The position numbers and the translations under genes were made by a program. Source: an uncultured Acidimicrobiaceae bacterium (GTDB lineage Bacteria; Actinomycetota; Acidimicrobiia; Spongiisociales; UBA5794). From it: 64,000 nt of DNA. Position 1 is the stretch's first letter, and each line of letters starts with the position of its first letter. The DNA lies in the NCBI GenBank assembly GCA_964584755.1, contig CAZPAV010000002.1, positions 45,338 through 109,337 of the forward strand, given 5' to 3'. Of this stretch, positions 25,055-34,336 are shown piece by piece. The notes under the pieces were generated by a model. The model was not told where the DNA came from and ran no database searches. It was given only the letters and a program-made list of their open reading frames with translations.

Positions 25055-26812
25055 ATGCCGTCCGTGGAATCCGTCCTCATCGCCAACCGCGGAGAGATCG
25101 CGGTGCGCGTGATCCGTGCCTGCCGCGATCTCGGTCTTCGCACCATCGCCGTCTACTCCGAGCTGGACCGTCACGCGGTGCACGTCGAGCTCGCCGACGA
25201 GGCGTGGAACGTCGGTCTCGCCCCCGCCGCGGAGTCGTACCTGGCGCAGGACCGCATCCTCGAGGTCGCCGCGTCCAGCGGCGCCGACGCCATCCATCCC
25301 GGGTACGGCTTCCTCGCCGAGAATCCCGATTTCGCCCGGAAGGTCGCCGATGCGGGCCTCGTCTGGGTGGGACCACCCCCCGAGGCGATCGCCACCATGG
25401 GTGACAAGATCGCCTCCCGACTCGCCGCCGCGGACGCCGGCGTCGCCGGCGTCCCGGGAACGAACGACCCGATCACCGACGTCGCCGCGATCACGGCGTT
25501 CGCCGCCGCGCACGGATACCCGGTGGCGATCAAGGCGGCCGCCGGAGGCGGTGGACGCGGCATGAAGGTCGTCCGGAGCGACGAGGGGCTCCAGGAGGCG
25601 CTCGACGCGGCACGGCGCGAGGCCGACGCCTGGTTCGGGAACCCGGAGGTGTACCTCGAGAAGTACCTGGAGCGGCCCCGTCACGTCGAGGCACAGGTGC
25701 TCTTCGACCGTCACGGGAACGGCGTGTTCCTCGGCGAACGCGACTGCTCGTTGCAGCGCCGGCACCAGAAGCTCGTCGAGGAGACCCCGGCTCCCGGGCT
25801 GACCCCGGACCGGCGGGCCGCACTCGGAGCAGCCGCCCTCGCCGTCGCCCGCGCCGCCGGATACGAGAGCGCGGGGACGGTCGAGTTCCTCCTCGACACC
25901 GACGGCCGCTTCTACTTCCTCGAGATGAACACCCGCATCCAGGTGGAGCACACCATCACCGAGGCCGTCACCGGTGTCGACCTCGTCGTCGAGCAGCTCC
26001 GGGTCGCGGCCGGCGAGCCGCTCTCGATCCGGGAGACCCCCGAGCCCTTCGGACACGCCTTCGAGTTCCGGATCAACGCCGAGGACCCCACCCGGGCCTT
26101 CCTCCCCACGCCGGGAGACCTCGTCGAGTACCGGGAGCCGGCCGGCCCCGGCGTGCGCGTCGACAGCGGCGTGCGGCAGGGGAGCACGATCAGCCAGTAC
26201 TACGACAACCTCATCGCCAAGCTCGTCGTCTGGGGTCGCGACCGGGAGGAGGCGCTCCGTCGCGCCCGGCGCGCCCTCGGCGAGTTCCACATCTCGGGCA
26301 TCGACACGACGATCCCCGCCCATCTCCGCATCCTCGAGAACGAGGCGTTCCGACGCGGCGAGATCCACACCCGCCTCGTCGAGGACGGCATGGATTTCAC
26401 CGGCCTCGAGCGTCCCACCGCGCCCGCGGTTCCCGAGGAGGAGGAGCTCGAGGAGCGCCACCTCACCGTCGAGGTCGGGGGTCGCCGGTTCCCGGTGCGG
26501 TACTGGGCCCCGGTCATCGCCCCCGCCGGTCCGGGCCGGCGCGCCGCGCCCCGGCGGCGGCCGCCGAAGCTCTCGAAGGGCCTCGTCCCCGGCGGGGACC
26601 AGGGTGTCGTCACCGCGCCCATGCAGGGGACCATCGTGAAGGTCTACAAGAAAGCCGGGGACCACGTCGCCGCCGAGGAGCCGCTGTGTGTCCTCGAGGC
26701 GATGAAGATGGAGAACGAGATCCGATCCCCCGTGGCCGGGGAGATCGTCGATCTTCGCGTCCAGCCGGGAGACACGGCCTCGGCCGGCTCCGTGCTGATG
26801 ATCATCAAGTGA
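25055..26812 (+). CDS. accA3: Acetyl/propionyl-CoA carboxylase alpha subunit (biotin carboxylase + BCCP)
   Basis: MPSVESVLIANRGEIAVRVIRACRDLG... ATP-grasp biotin carboxylase, C-terminal biotinyl motif EAMKMENEI. 585 aa. Confidence 0.9.
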   Translation: MPSVESVLIANRGEIAVRVIRACRDLGLRTIAVYSELDRHAVHVELADEAWNVGLAPAAESYLAQDRILEVAASSGADAIHPGYGFLAENPDFARKVADAGLVWVGPPPEAIATMGDKIASRLAAADAGVAGVPGTNDPITDVAAITAFAAAHGYPVAIKAAAGGGGRGMKVVRSDEGLQEALDAARREADAWFGNPEVYLEKYLERPRHVEAQVLFDRHGNGVFLGERDCSLQRRHQKLVEETPAPGLTPDRRAALGAAALAVARAAGYESAGTVEFLLDTDGRFYFLEMNTRIQVEHTITEAVTGVDLVVEQLRVAAGEPLSIRETPEPFGHAFEFRINAEDPTRAFLPTPGDLVEYREPAGPGVRVDSGVRQGSTISQYYDNLIAKLVVWGRDREEALRRARRALGEFHISGIDTTIPAHLRILENEAFRRGEIHTRLVEDGMDFTGLERPTAPAVPEEEELEERHLTVEVGGRRFPVRYWAPVIAPAGPGRRAAPRRRPPKLSKGLVPGGDQGVVTAPMQGTIVKVYKKAGDHVAAEEPLCVLEAMKMENEIRSPVAGEIVDLRVQPGDTASAGSVLMIIK

Positions 26813-26840
26813 ACGGGCCGTCCGCACCTCCGCTCCCCCG

Positions 26841-27749
26841 GTGACCACGCCGTCCTTCGACATCGTGCCCCTCGACGAGGTCCCCGAGGGGGACGTCGTC
26901 GCCGCGATCGCCGCGACGTTCGGGCCTCGCTCGATGGCGTGGTTCCACTGGAAGCACCGCGAGAACCCGGCGGGCCCCTCCCTGGGTTGGGTGGCCCGGG
27001 ATGAAGACGGGATCGTGGGCGTACGCCTCCTCCTCCGCTGGAACCTGCGCCTGCGCGGCCGCCGCGTCCGCGCCGTGCGGCCCGTCGACACCGTGACGGT
27101 CCCCCGGGCCCGTCGCCGCGGCGTCTTTCGCGTGCTCACCGAGACGGCGCTCGACGAGGTGGCCCGCCGCGGCGTCGCCGACATCGTCTTCAACACCCCC
27201 AACGAGCGAAGCCGGCCCGGCTACGCCCGGATGGGGTGGACCGCCCTCCCGCCCGTCCACACCGGGTACGGGATCGTGCAACCCCTGCCCGGCCGCACCC
27301 TGGACGTCTCGCTGCACCCCCCCGACCACCTCGACCGGCTCCTCCCGCCGGACCGTCTCGCCACCGCCCGCGGTCCCCGCTACCTCGCCTGGCGGTACGA
27401 CGAGCGCTCGGGACATGCCTACCGGCTCGTCGCCCCGGTCCATGCCGACCGTCCGGCGCTCGTCGTGTACCGGCCCGCCCGTCGCTTCGGAGCGAAGACC
27501 CTCGTCGTGTGCGAGGCGTTCGGGGAGGCGAGGGTGCTCCGTCGCCTCCTGCGCGCCGTCGCCTCGCGGGAGCGTGCCCTGTTCGTGCTCCTCGCCTTCG
27601 GCCCCGGGGCCCTGGCCCCGCCGCTCCCGGTTCGCTTCCCCCGGGGGAGCTCCACCCTCGCCGTCCGCGCCCTGCGGGAGCTCCCCGTCGATCCCCGGGA
27701 CCGTGACGCGTGGGCCCTGGACCTCGGCGACCTCGAGGACGTGCTGTGA
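26841..27749 (+). CDS. FemAB/GNAT-fold acyltransferase-like protein (paralog 1)
   Basis: 302 aa; FHWKHRENPAGPS...VFNTPNERSRPGYARMGWT... A paralog with the same motifs lies at 49615-50604(-). Family assignment by memory of EPS-locus GNAT/FemAB-like proteins. Confidence 0.65.
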   Translation: MTTPSFDIVPLDEVPEGDVVAAIAATFGPRSMAWFHWKHRENPAGPSLGWVARDEDGIVGVRLLLRWNLRLRGRRVRAVRPVDTVTVPRARRRGVFRVLTETALDEVARRGVADIVFNTPNERSRPGYARMGWTALPPVHTGYGIVQPLPGRTLDVSLHPPDHLDRLLPPDRLATARGPRYLAWRYDERSGHAYRLVAPVHADRPALVVYRPARRFGAKTLVVCEAFGEARVLRRLLRAVASRERALFVLLAFGPGALAPPLPVRFPRGSSTLAVRALRELPVDPRDRDAWALDLGDLEDVL

Positions 27750-28879
27750 TGCGGGTCCTCCACGTCATCAACTCCCTGGGTGGCTCCGGCGGTGCCGAGC
27801 ACGGGCTCGTGCGAGAGATCACGCGATTCGAACCGGACGTCGAGCAACTCGTCGTACGCCTCTTCGGCCGGAGCCACCTCGCGGGCACCCTCGTGGAGGC
27901 GGGGATCCCCACCGTCTCGCTCGACCTCGAGGCGCGCCGGGCCGCCCGCAACTGGACGACCGCGGCGCGGCGCCTCGTCACCGAGATCCGGCGCTTCCGA
28001 CCCGACGTCGTCCACACCTCGCTCTTCACCGCCAACCTCGCCGGTCAGCTCGCGGCACGGCGGACGCGTACCCCGGTCCTCTCCACCCTCACCCAGTCCG
28101 GCGACGTGGCGCTCATTCGCTCCTACCAACCCGGCGCCGCCTCCTGGAGGGCGGCCGCCCTCCGCGCCGTGGCGACCCGGGTCGGTCGGGGACCCCGCAT
28201 CCGCTACCGGGCCCTCACCGAGCACACCGCGGTGACGAACGCCGCCGCCCTCGGCGTCCCCACGGCGCGAATCCGGGTCATTCCCCGCGGCGTCGACACG
28301 AGCCGCACCTACCGACCCCCGGCCGCTCCTCCCCCGCGTCCGCTCGTCGTGAACGTGGGACGTCAGACGGCGCAGAAGGGCCACGAGCACCTCGTCGACG
28401 CCTTCGAGCGCGTCGCCATCCGCTTCCCGGAGGCCGAGCTCTGGATCCTGGGGCGGAAGGGGGAGCGCAGCGAGGTGTTGGCCGCCCGGATCGCGGCGTC
28501 GGTGGCCGGCGAGCGCATCCGCCTCCTCGGGTACCGGCCCGACGCGCTCGATCTCGTGGCCGCAGCCGACGTCTTCGCCTTCCCGTCCCTGATGGAGGGG
28601 CTCGGCACCGCCGTACTCGAGGCGATGGCGGCCGGCGTCCCGGTGGTCGCGTTCGACATCCCCCCGGTGCGCGAGATCACCGACGACGGACGGGTGGCGG
28701 TCCTCGTTCCGGTCGGCGACGGCGACGCCCTGGCCGAGGCGATCCTCCACCTCCTCGCCGACGACGTCGAGCGCACCCGCCTCGTCCGTGCCGCCCGCGA
28801 CCACGTGACGTCGACCTTCGCCATCGACGGGATCGCCCGACGCGTCCAGGCCTACCTCGAGGAGGTGGCGGCGTCGTGA
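27749..28879 (+). CDS. GT4-family glycosyltransferase
   Basis: MRVLHVINSLGGSGGAEHGL...EGLGTAVLEAMAAGVPVVAFD (GT-B, E-X7-E region). ATG overlaps the upstream TGA (TGATG). Confidence 0.8.
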   Translation: MRVLHVINSLGGSGGAEHGLVREITRFEPDVEQLVVRLFGRSHLAGTLVEAGIPTVSLDLEARRAARNWTTAARRLVTEIRRFRPDVVHTSLFTANLAGQLAARRTRTPVLSTLTQSGDVALIRSYQPGAASWRAAALRAVATRVGRGPRIRYRALTEHTAVTNAAALGVPTARIRVIPRGVDTSRTYRPPAAPPPRPLVVNVGRQTAQKGHEHLVDAFERVAIRFPEAELWILGRKGERSEVLAARIAASVAGERIRLLGYRPDALDLVAAADVFAFPSLMEGLGTAVLEAMAAGVPVVAFDIPPVREITDDGRVAVLVPVGDGDALAEAILHLLADDVERTRLVRAARDHVTSTFAIDGIARRVQAYLEEVAAS

Positions 28880-29799
28880 TCCGCGACCATCTGGAGCGGG
28901 TGATCGACGCCGTCGGCGGATCCCCGCCGCTGGCCCGGACCGTCGGCGCCGTCACCCGCCACCGTCTCCGCATCCTCGCCTACCACGGCATCGCCGACGA
29001 GGAGCGGTTCGCCGACCAGATGCGCCACCTCCGTCGTACCTACCGGCCCGTCGCCGCCGACGACGTGGTCGCCGCCCTCGCCGGGGCCCGACCCCTCCCC
29101 CCACGGGCCGTGTGGGTCACCTTCGACGACGCCGAGCCGAGCGTCGTCGACCGTGGTCTCCCCCACCTCGAACGACACGGGATCCGGGCGACGCTGTTCC
29201 TCTGTCCGTCGGTCGTCGACACCGATCGGCCGCTGTGGTGGCAGGCCGTGGCCGGCGCCTGGGCCGCCGGGAGGCGGCCCCCGCCGGCCGGCCGCGACGG
29301 TGGCGGACTCCCCTCCCTGCTGCGTCACCTGAAGCAGATGGACGACGCGACACGGCGCTCCCGCGTGGCTCACCTCTCCGACGGACTCGATCTCCGCGTC
29401 TCCCAGGTCACGCGCGCCCAGCTCCGGCGGTTCCGGGACACCGGCGGCACCCTCGGGAACCACACCTGGGACCATCCCTGCCTCGATCGCTGCGATCCGG
29501 CCGCGGTCGAGGCGCAGATCTCTCGCGCCCACCGGTGGCTCACCGAGGAGTGCGGCGAGCCCCCGGTGCTCTTCGCCTACCCGAACGGCAACCACTCCGA
29601 GACTGCCGAGGCGGTACTCGGCGGTCTCGGGTACCGGGTCGCGTTGCTCTTCGACCATCGTCTCGCCGATCCGGCGGGGCCGCCGCTGCGCCTCTCCCGA
29701 CTTCGCGTGAACGCCGAGGACACGCCGGCGCGCTTCCGCTCGGTGCTGGCCGGGGTGCATCCGGTCCTCCACGCCCTCCGTGGCGGCTCAGGGGCTTGA
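28876..29799 (+). CDS. Polysaccharide deacetylase (NodB-homology, CE4) - copy 1
   Basis: GTG start overlapping the GT4 TGA (GTGA). Motifs VTFDDA, HTWDHP, FAYPNG. 307 aa. Confidence 0.8.
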   Translation: MIRDHLERVIDAVGGSPPLARTVGAVTRHRLRILAYHGIADEERFADQMRHLRRTYRPVAADDVVAALAGARPLPPRAVWVTFDDAEPSVVDRGLPHLERHGIRATLFLCPSVVDTDRPLWWQAVAGAWAAGRRPPPAGRDGGGLPSLLRHLKQMDDATRRSRVAHLSDGLDLRVSQVTRAQLRRFRDTGGTLGNHTWDHPCLDRCDPAAVEAQISRAHRWLTEECGEPPVLFAYPNGNHSETAEAVLGGLGYRVALLFDHRLADPAGPPLRLSRLRVNAEDTPARFRSVLAGVHPVLHALRGGSGA

Positions 29800-31329
29800 C
29801 GCCCGCCGCCGGGGCCCTCCCACCCGGCCGCTCCCCACGAGCACGGCGAGGAGATCGGTCCCCGCGGCGCGGAACGCCCTCGAGAAGAGCAGGAACCCCG
29901 ACCCCAGATACGCCGCGGCCCCGATACCGACCGAGACGAGGAGCACGAGGCCCGCGGTGAGGTCGCCGGGGAGGACGCTCGTGACGGCCTCGACGGCGAC
30001 GACCATGACGCCGGTGGACACGGCGGCGGGAAGGATCGCCTCCGGGACGTCGCGCACCGTCAGCCGCACCAGGGGGCGGAGGAAGGCGACCTGGACGACC
30101 ACCGCGGCGAGGGTGGCGCCGAGGACCACGACGGCCACGAGGCCGAGATCCCCCCGAGCCACCACGACGAAGAGCCCGGCGGCGATCACGCCCGCCCGGA
30201 GGAGGCTCACGAGCGCGTTGCGCCCCGGGTGTCCGATGGCGGTGAAGACGGCCGAGCCGACCGGGGTGAGGGAGTCGGCGGCGGCCGCCACCGAGAGGAT
30301 CGCCATCGGCCGCACCGCGGCGAGCCAGCGCGACCCGAAGAACACGGCCACCACCTCGGGAGCGACGAGCGCCAGGCCCACGAGGAGCGGGAACGCGGCG
30401 AGGGTGACGAACCGGATCGACTCCCGATAGGCACGGGCCACCCGTCTGCGGTCCTCGTGGAAGTCGGCCAGGGTGACGAAGAGCGTCCCGTTCACCGCGG
30501 TCGTCATGCGCTTGCGGAGGATGTTCGGGAGGACGTAGGCGATGTAGTAGCTCCCGAGCGCCGCGGCGCCCAGCGCCGAGCCGACGAACCAGTAGTCGAC
30601 GTTCTTCCCCAGGTACCCCGAGACCCGCATGCCGAGGTACCCCAGGTTGAACCTCCAGTCGGCGCGGACGGCCGCCCAGCGGAACACGAGGCGCGGCCGG
30701 AACCCGCTGAGGACGCCGTCGGCCGCGACGCGAGCGCCGGCCATGGCGACCCGACCCACGACGATGGCCCACGCCCCCGCCGGGGTGAGCGCCGCCAGGG
30801 GGATCGCCACCGCCATGTAGACGAGGAAGCCTCCCACCGTGGTGAGCGCGGTCGCCTTGAAGCGAAAGTCGCGCAGCAGCAGGGCCCGGGGCACCGACCC
30901 GACGAGCCCGATCGCCAGGCCCAGGCTTCCCACCGCGAGGTACGGCGCCGCCTCCGGGTTGCCGGCGAGCGCGGCGAACACGGGCGACAGCGCGGCGACG
31001 ACGGCCGCGGCGAGGACACCCACGGCGCTCCCTGCCCAGAACAGCGAGGAGACCTCCGCGGAGCCGATCTCGCGACGCCGGATGATCGACGCGTTGAACC
31101 CCACCTCGGTGAGGAGCGAGAAGAGGGTGACGACCATCGTGACGACGGCGACGATGCCGAACTGGTCGGGGGTGAGGAGGCGGGCGAGCACCATCGTCGC
31201 CGCCGCGGAGAGCACCTGGAGCCCGACGCCCTGGAGCGCGCGCCACCGTCCGCCATACAGGGCCACGGCGCGCGCCGACCCGCCGGCCGCCACCGGAGGG
31301 AGCTCGGGCTCGCCACCGGGGAGGCTCAT
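29788..31329 (-). CDS. wzx: Wzx-like oligosaccharide flippase (MOP superfamily polysaccharide biosynthesis protein)
   Basis: 513 aa, ~14 TM helices, MSLPGGEPEL...LQVLSAAATMVLARLLTPDQFGIVAVV. ATG overlaps the upstream PP-loop gene TGA (ATGA). Only the C-terminal 513 codons of the listed 898-aa ORF are kept. Confidence 0.8.
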   Translation of the reverse strand: MSLPGGEPELPPVAAGGSARAVALYGGRWRALQGVGLQVLSAAATMVLARLLTPDQFGIVAVVTMVVTLFSLLTEVGFNASIIRRREIGSAEVSSLFWAGSAVGVLAAAVVAALSPVFAALAGNPEAAPYLAVGSLGLAIGLVGSVPRALLLRDFRFKATALTTVGGFLVYMAVAIPLAALTPAGAWAIVVGRVAMAGARVAADGVLSGFRPRLVFRWAAVRADWRFNLGYLGMRVSGYLGKNVDYWFVGSALGAAALGSYYIAYVLPNILRKRMTTAVNGTLFVTLADFHEDRRRVARAYRESIRFVTLAAFPLLVGLALVAPEVVAVFFGSRWLAAVRPMAILSVAAAADSLTPVGSAVFTAIGHPGRNALVSLLRAGVIAAGLFVVVARGDLGLVAVVVLGATLAAVVVQVAFLRPLVRLTVRDVPEAILPAAVSTGVMVVAVEAVTSVLPGDLTAGLVLLVSVGIGAAAYLGSGFLLFSRAFRAAGTDLLAVLVGSGRVGGPRRRASSP

Positions 31330-32453
31330 CGCCCTCTCCACACGAGATAGGCGCGTCGCGCCCGCCGCACCACGCCACCGAGACGCCGGTGCTCGCCACG
31401 CTCGAGCCGCCTCCGCATGCTCCGGCGCGCGCGTCGCGTCTCCTCGAGCCGGGCGGCGACGGCCACGGCGAGATCCTCGCGTCCCGCGGTCCGCAGGGGC
31501 TCGAAGAGGTGCTCGTAGTAGATGGCGACGTCGTCGGCGATGTGGAGGCGGGCGATCTCGGCGGCGTCGAGGGAGCGCCGGGGGAAGGCCCCCACGTCGC
31601 CGAGGGCGCCGAGGGCGGCGAGCTCGAGCCGGGTCCGGAGGCACTTCTCGCACTCGCCGCAGTTCACGAAGCCCGCGGGATGACCGGCGGAGTGGAGGCA
31701 GACGCGGAACCGGTCGCGTGCCGCGGGCCACGCCACCACGAGAGCCACCTTCTCGAGCCGATGCCCGCCGCGGCGATCGTGGACGACCTCGACGGCCCCT
31801 CCGCCGTAGTGCGGATCGAGGTCCTCGTGCGAGCCCCAAGGGACGGGGTGCTTCCGGTCGCCACCGCTGGCGATCCGCACTCGCGCGGCGCGACCGCCCA
31901 GGGCGTGACCGATGGCGGCGAGAAAGGCGCCGTGGAGGTACCGGAGGAAGAAGGTGTTCGTCGGCTCCATCCGGCGCAGGTTCGTCGTCACGGGGAGGAG
32001 CGGCAGCTCGACGTCGGCGGCGATGGCGGTGAGATCGGACCAGTAGCGCGACCCGGGGACCATCGGGAACGGATCGAACCCGTCGGCGACGACCCATGCC
32101 TCGCAGATCGCGCCGGCAGTGCTCGCCGGTCGTTCCCGCCGGTCGACACGCACGACCGCGAGCGAGTCGATCCCCCCGGAGAGGAAGGCCGCCACCCGCG
32201 TCGTCTCGGCGACCCGGGGCCGGGCGCCGACCTCCCCCTCGATCGCGACGGGCGGTGCCTGGCGCCACCAGTCGGCGAGGAGCGCCATGGCCCGGGTCGT
32301 GCCCGCGACGGTGCGCGGGTCGAGCACGCCCTCCACCTGGATCCGCCGCTCCCGGTGGTACATCGCCACCAGCGCGCCGGTCACGAGGAAGGCCTCGGGC
32401 GCGGCGCGGAGATCGGCGGCGACGTCGACGGGGACGGCGATCCACACGTCCAT
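31326..32453 (-). CDS. PP-loop ATP-pyrophosphatase family protein with QueC-like C-terminal Cys cluster (possibly an N-acetyl-sugar amidotransferase-like enzyme)
   Basis: 375 aa; AAFLSGGIDSLAVV PP-loop at ~residue 90 and C-terminal C-x12-CGECEKC zinc-type cluster. Start ATG (MDVWI) is tentative; 92-nt gap to the AsnB-like stop. Confidence 0.55.
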   Translation of the reverse strand: MDVWIAVPVDVAADLRAAPEAFLVTGALVAMYHRERRIQVEGVLDPRTVAGTTRAMALLADWWRQAPPVAIEGEVGARPRVAETTRVAAFLSGGIDSLAVVRVDRRERPASTAGAICEAWVVADGFDPFPMVPGSRYWSDLTAIAADVELPLLPVTTNLRRMEPTNTFFLRYLHGAFLAAIGHALGGRAARVRIASGGDRKHPVPWGSHEDLDPHYGGGAVEVVHDRRGGHRLEKVALVVAWPAARDRFRVCLHSAGHPAGFVNCGECEKCLRTRLELAALGALGDVGAFPRRSLDAAEIARLHIADDVAIYYEHLFEPLRTAGREDLAVAVAARLEETRRARRSMRRRLERGEHRRLGGVVRRARRAYLVWRGR

Positions 32454-32545
32454 CCGGCGACCCTTGCGGCCACCACGCTCCCACAGCACCGTGGCCGCCA
32501 CCGCGGCACGTTCCCCCCGATCCTCCCGCCGCAGGTCGACGATCC

Positions 32546-34336
32546 TCACCGGGGCCGCTCCCGACGAGCCGCCGGGGAGGAGAGGATCCGTTGCCACGTG
32601 ACGACGAGCAGGACCGTCCACAGCAGCCAGGTCCGGTCGGCGCCGGCGTCGTGCTCCTCGAGGGCCCGGGCCACGACCTCGGGACGGAACGGCGTGGCCG
32701 CGAGCGCGTCGGCGGTGAGCCGCTCGGCGAGAATCCCCCGCAGGGGTCCCCGCAGCCAGACGGACAGCGGGAGGCGCTGCGGGAACTTGGGGCGCTCCGC
32801 CAGCTCGGGACCCACGAGGCGGGCGGCGTAGCGGCGGAGCTCCTCCTTGGCGGGTCCGGGCCGCGGCGAGGCGGCGAAGAACCCGGCGAGCTCGGCGTCG
32901 ACGAACGGCGACCGCACCGCGACCGCGGCGGCCCGTCCCCAACGGTGGTTCCACCACAGCAGATGCTCCGGCCAGTCGAACCGGGCGGCGAGGTGTGCGT
33001 ACGCGTCGGCTCGGCTCGCCCCGGGGACCTCGTCGAGCGCGGCGGCGAGCAGTCCGACGGCGGCCGCCCGGCCCCGAACTGCCGCGTCCGGATCCCGGTA
33101 GAGCTCGAGCCGGACCGCGTCCCGCAGGATCGTGTTCGGGGCGGCGTCGTAGAAGACGTCCCCGAGCGGCGCCGCGGCGAGCCGGGCCAGCGTTCGTGCC
33201 CGCCGCGTCACCCCCCGCCGGGGCGCTCCCGCCGTGATCGCCCGCAGGACGGGGCGCAACGGGCCCCGGTGGAGGGCGAAGCCGCGCCGCTCCTTCGCGG
33301 TGAGGTACCAACCGTCCGTGCACACTCCGGAGAGCGCGACCCGGATCCCGGCGGTGGCGAGCGGGGCGAGGCGGGCGCTGTGCACCCCGTAGCTGAACGG
33401 CTCCTCGTACGCCGCCACGAGGTCGTCGAGTTGGGTGGCCAGCCACTCCGGCCCGATGACGATCTCCTCGAAGGGGACGCCGAGGTGCGACGCCAGGGGA
33501 CGGGCGCGGGAGCCTTCGTTCATGGGGCCCTCGTACCCGTCGTAACGGAAGGTGAACGCGGCGACGTCTGCGCCGTGGACGACTCGTGCGACCGCGAGGA
33601 GGAGACCCGAGTCGATGCCGCCCGACAGCAGCACCGCGGTGGTCCCGGCGGGATCGAGACGCTCCCCCACCGCCGCCTCGAGCAACCGGCCGATGCGCTC
33701 GACCCGCTCCTGCGCCGGGAGCGGGCCGACCGTCCCCCATGGCAGCGGCTCGGTGAGGACCAGTTCGGTGCCGGTCGCGTCGATCCGGAGCGCATACCCC
33801 GGCGGGACCTTCCGCACCGTGGCGAGCATCGTGAGGGGGGCGAAGAGGTACCCACAGGCGAGGTAGCAGTCGAGGGCCACGGGATCGAGCTCCCGGGGAA
33901 CGCCGACCCCGAGGAGCGAGGCGATGTCGGGCGCCCACCACCGGCTCTCCCGCAGCGAAGCGTGGAACACCGGTGGGATCCCGGTGCGATGTCGCAGGAG
34001 CCAGAGGCGTCCCGCCGGGGCATCCCACACGGTCGTCGCGGCGGTACCGTCGAGACGGGCGACGCCGGAGACTCCGCTCCGCCGGAAGGCGTCGAGCGCC
34101 CGCCGGGCGGGATCTCCCGAGCCGACGAGACGACCGTCGACGAGCACGAAGGATCCGTCGTCGTCCTGGGCCACGGTGAGGTCGGGCTCCGGAGCCACTC
34201 GGAGGGCGACCTCCGTGTCGCCGGCCGCCGCCCGCAACGTCCTCCCCGGCAGGCTCTGCGCGTCGAGCCGCTCGGCCGACCCCCGCGGCCCACCGACGCC
34301 GAGGTAGCGGAACGCGGGGAACCGGGGTGTGGTCAC
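32546..34336 (-). CDS. Asparagine synthetase B-family amidotransferase lacking the N-terminal Cys nucleophile
   Basis: 596 aa from GTG (overlaps the GT2 TGA, GTGA). Ntn-like N-domain (HRTGIPPVFH resembles the AsnB R.G..PLYY region) but begins VTTPRF... with no Cys2. C-domain VLLSGGIDSGLLLAV PP-loop at ~residue 236. Listed upstream extension rejected. Confidence 0.75.
   Translation of the reverse strand: MTTPRFPAFRYLGVGGPRGSAERLDAQSLPGRTLRAAAGDTEVALRVAPEPDLTVAQDDDGSFVLVDGRLVGSGDPARRALDAFRRSGVSGVARLDGTAATTVWDAPAGRLWLLRHRTGIPPVFHASLRESRWWAPDIASLLGVGVPRELDPVALDCYLACGYLFAPLTMLATVRKVPPGYALRIDATGTELVLTEPLPWGTVGPLPAQERVERIGRLLEAAVGERLDPAGTTAVLLSGGIDSGLLLAVARVVHGADVAAFTFRYDGYEGPMNEGSRARPLASHLGVPFEEIVIGPEWLATQLDDLVAAYEEPFSYGVHSARLAPLATAGIRVALSGVCTDGWYLTAKERRGFALHRGPLRPVLRAITAGAPRRGVTRRARTLARLAAAPLGDVFYDAAPNTILRDAVRLELYRDPDAAVRGRAAAVGLLAAALDEVPGASRADAYAHLAARFDWPEHLLWWNHRWGRAAAVAVRSPFVDAELAGFFAASPRPGPAKEELRRYAARLVGPELAERPKFPQRLPLSVWLRGPLRGILAERLTADALAATPFRPEVVARALEEHDAGADRTWLLWTVLLVVTWQRILSSPAARRERPR

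Noticed and set aside
29540-32484. 619-aa and 898-aa minus ORFs (N-terminal portions) and the plus ORF 30229-31350
   Set aside because: Alternate-frame or antisense read-through over wzx; only 29788-31329 has flippase-like TM helices.
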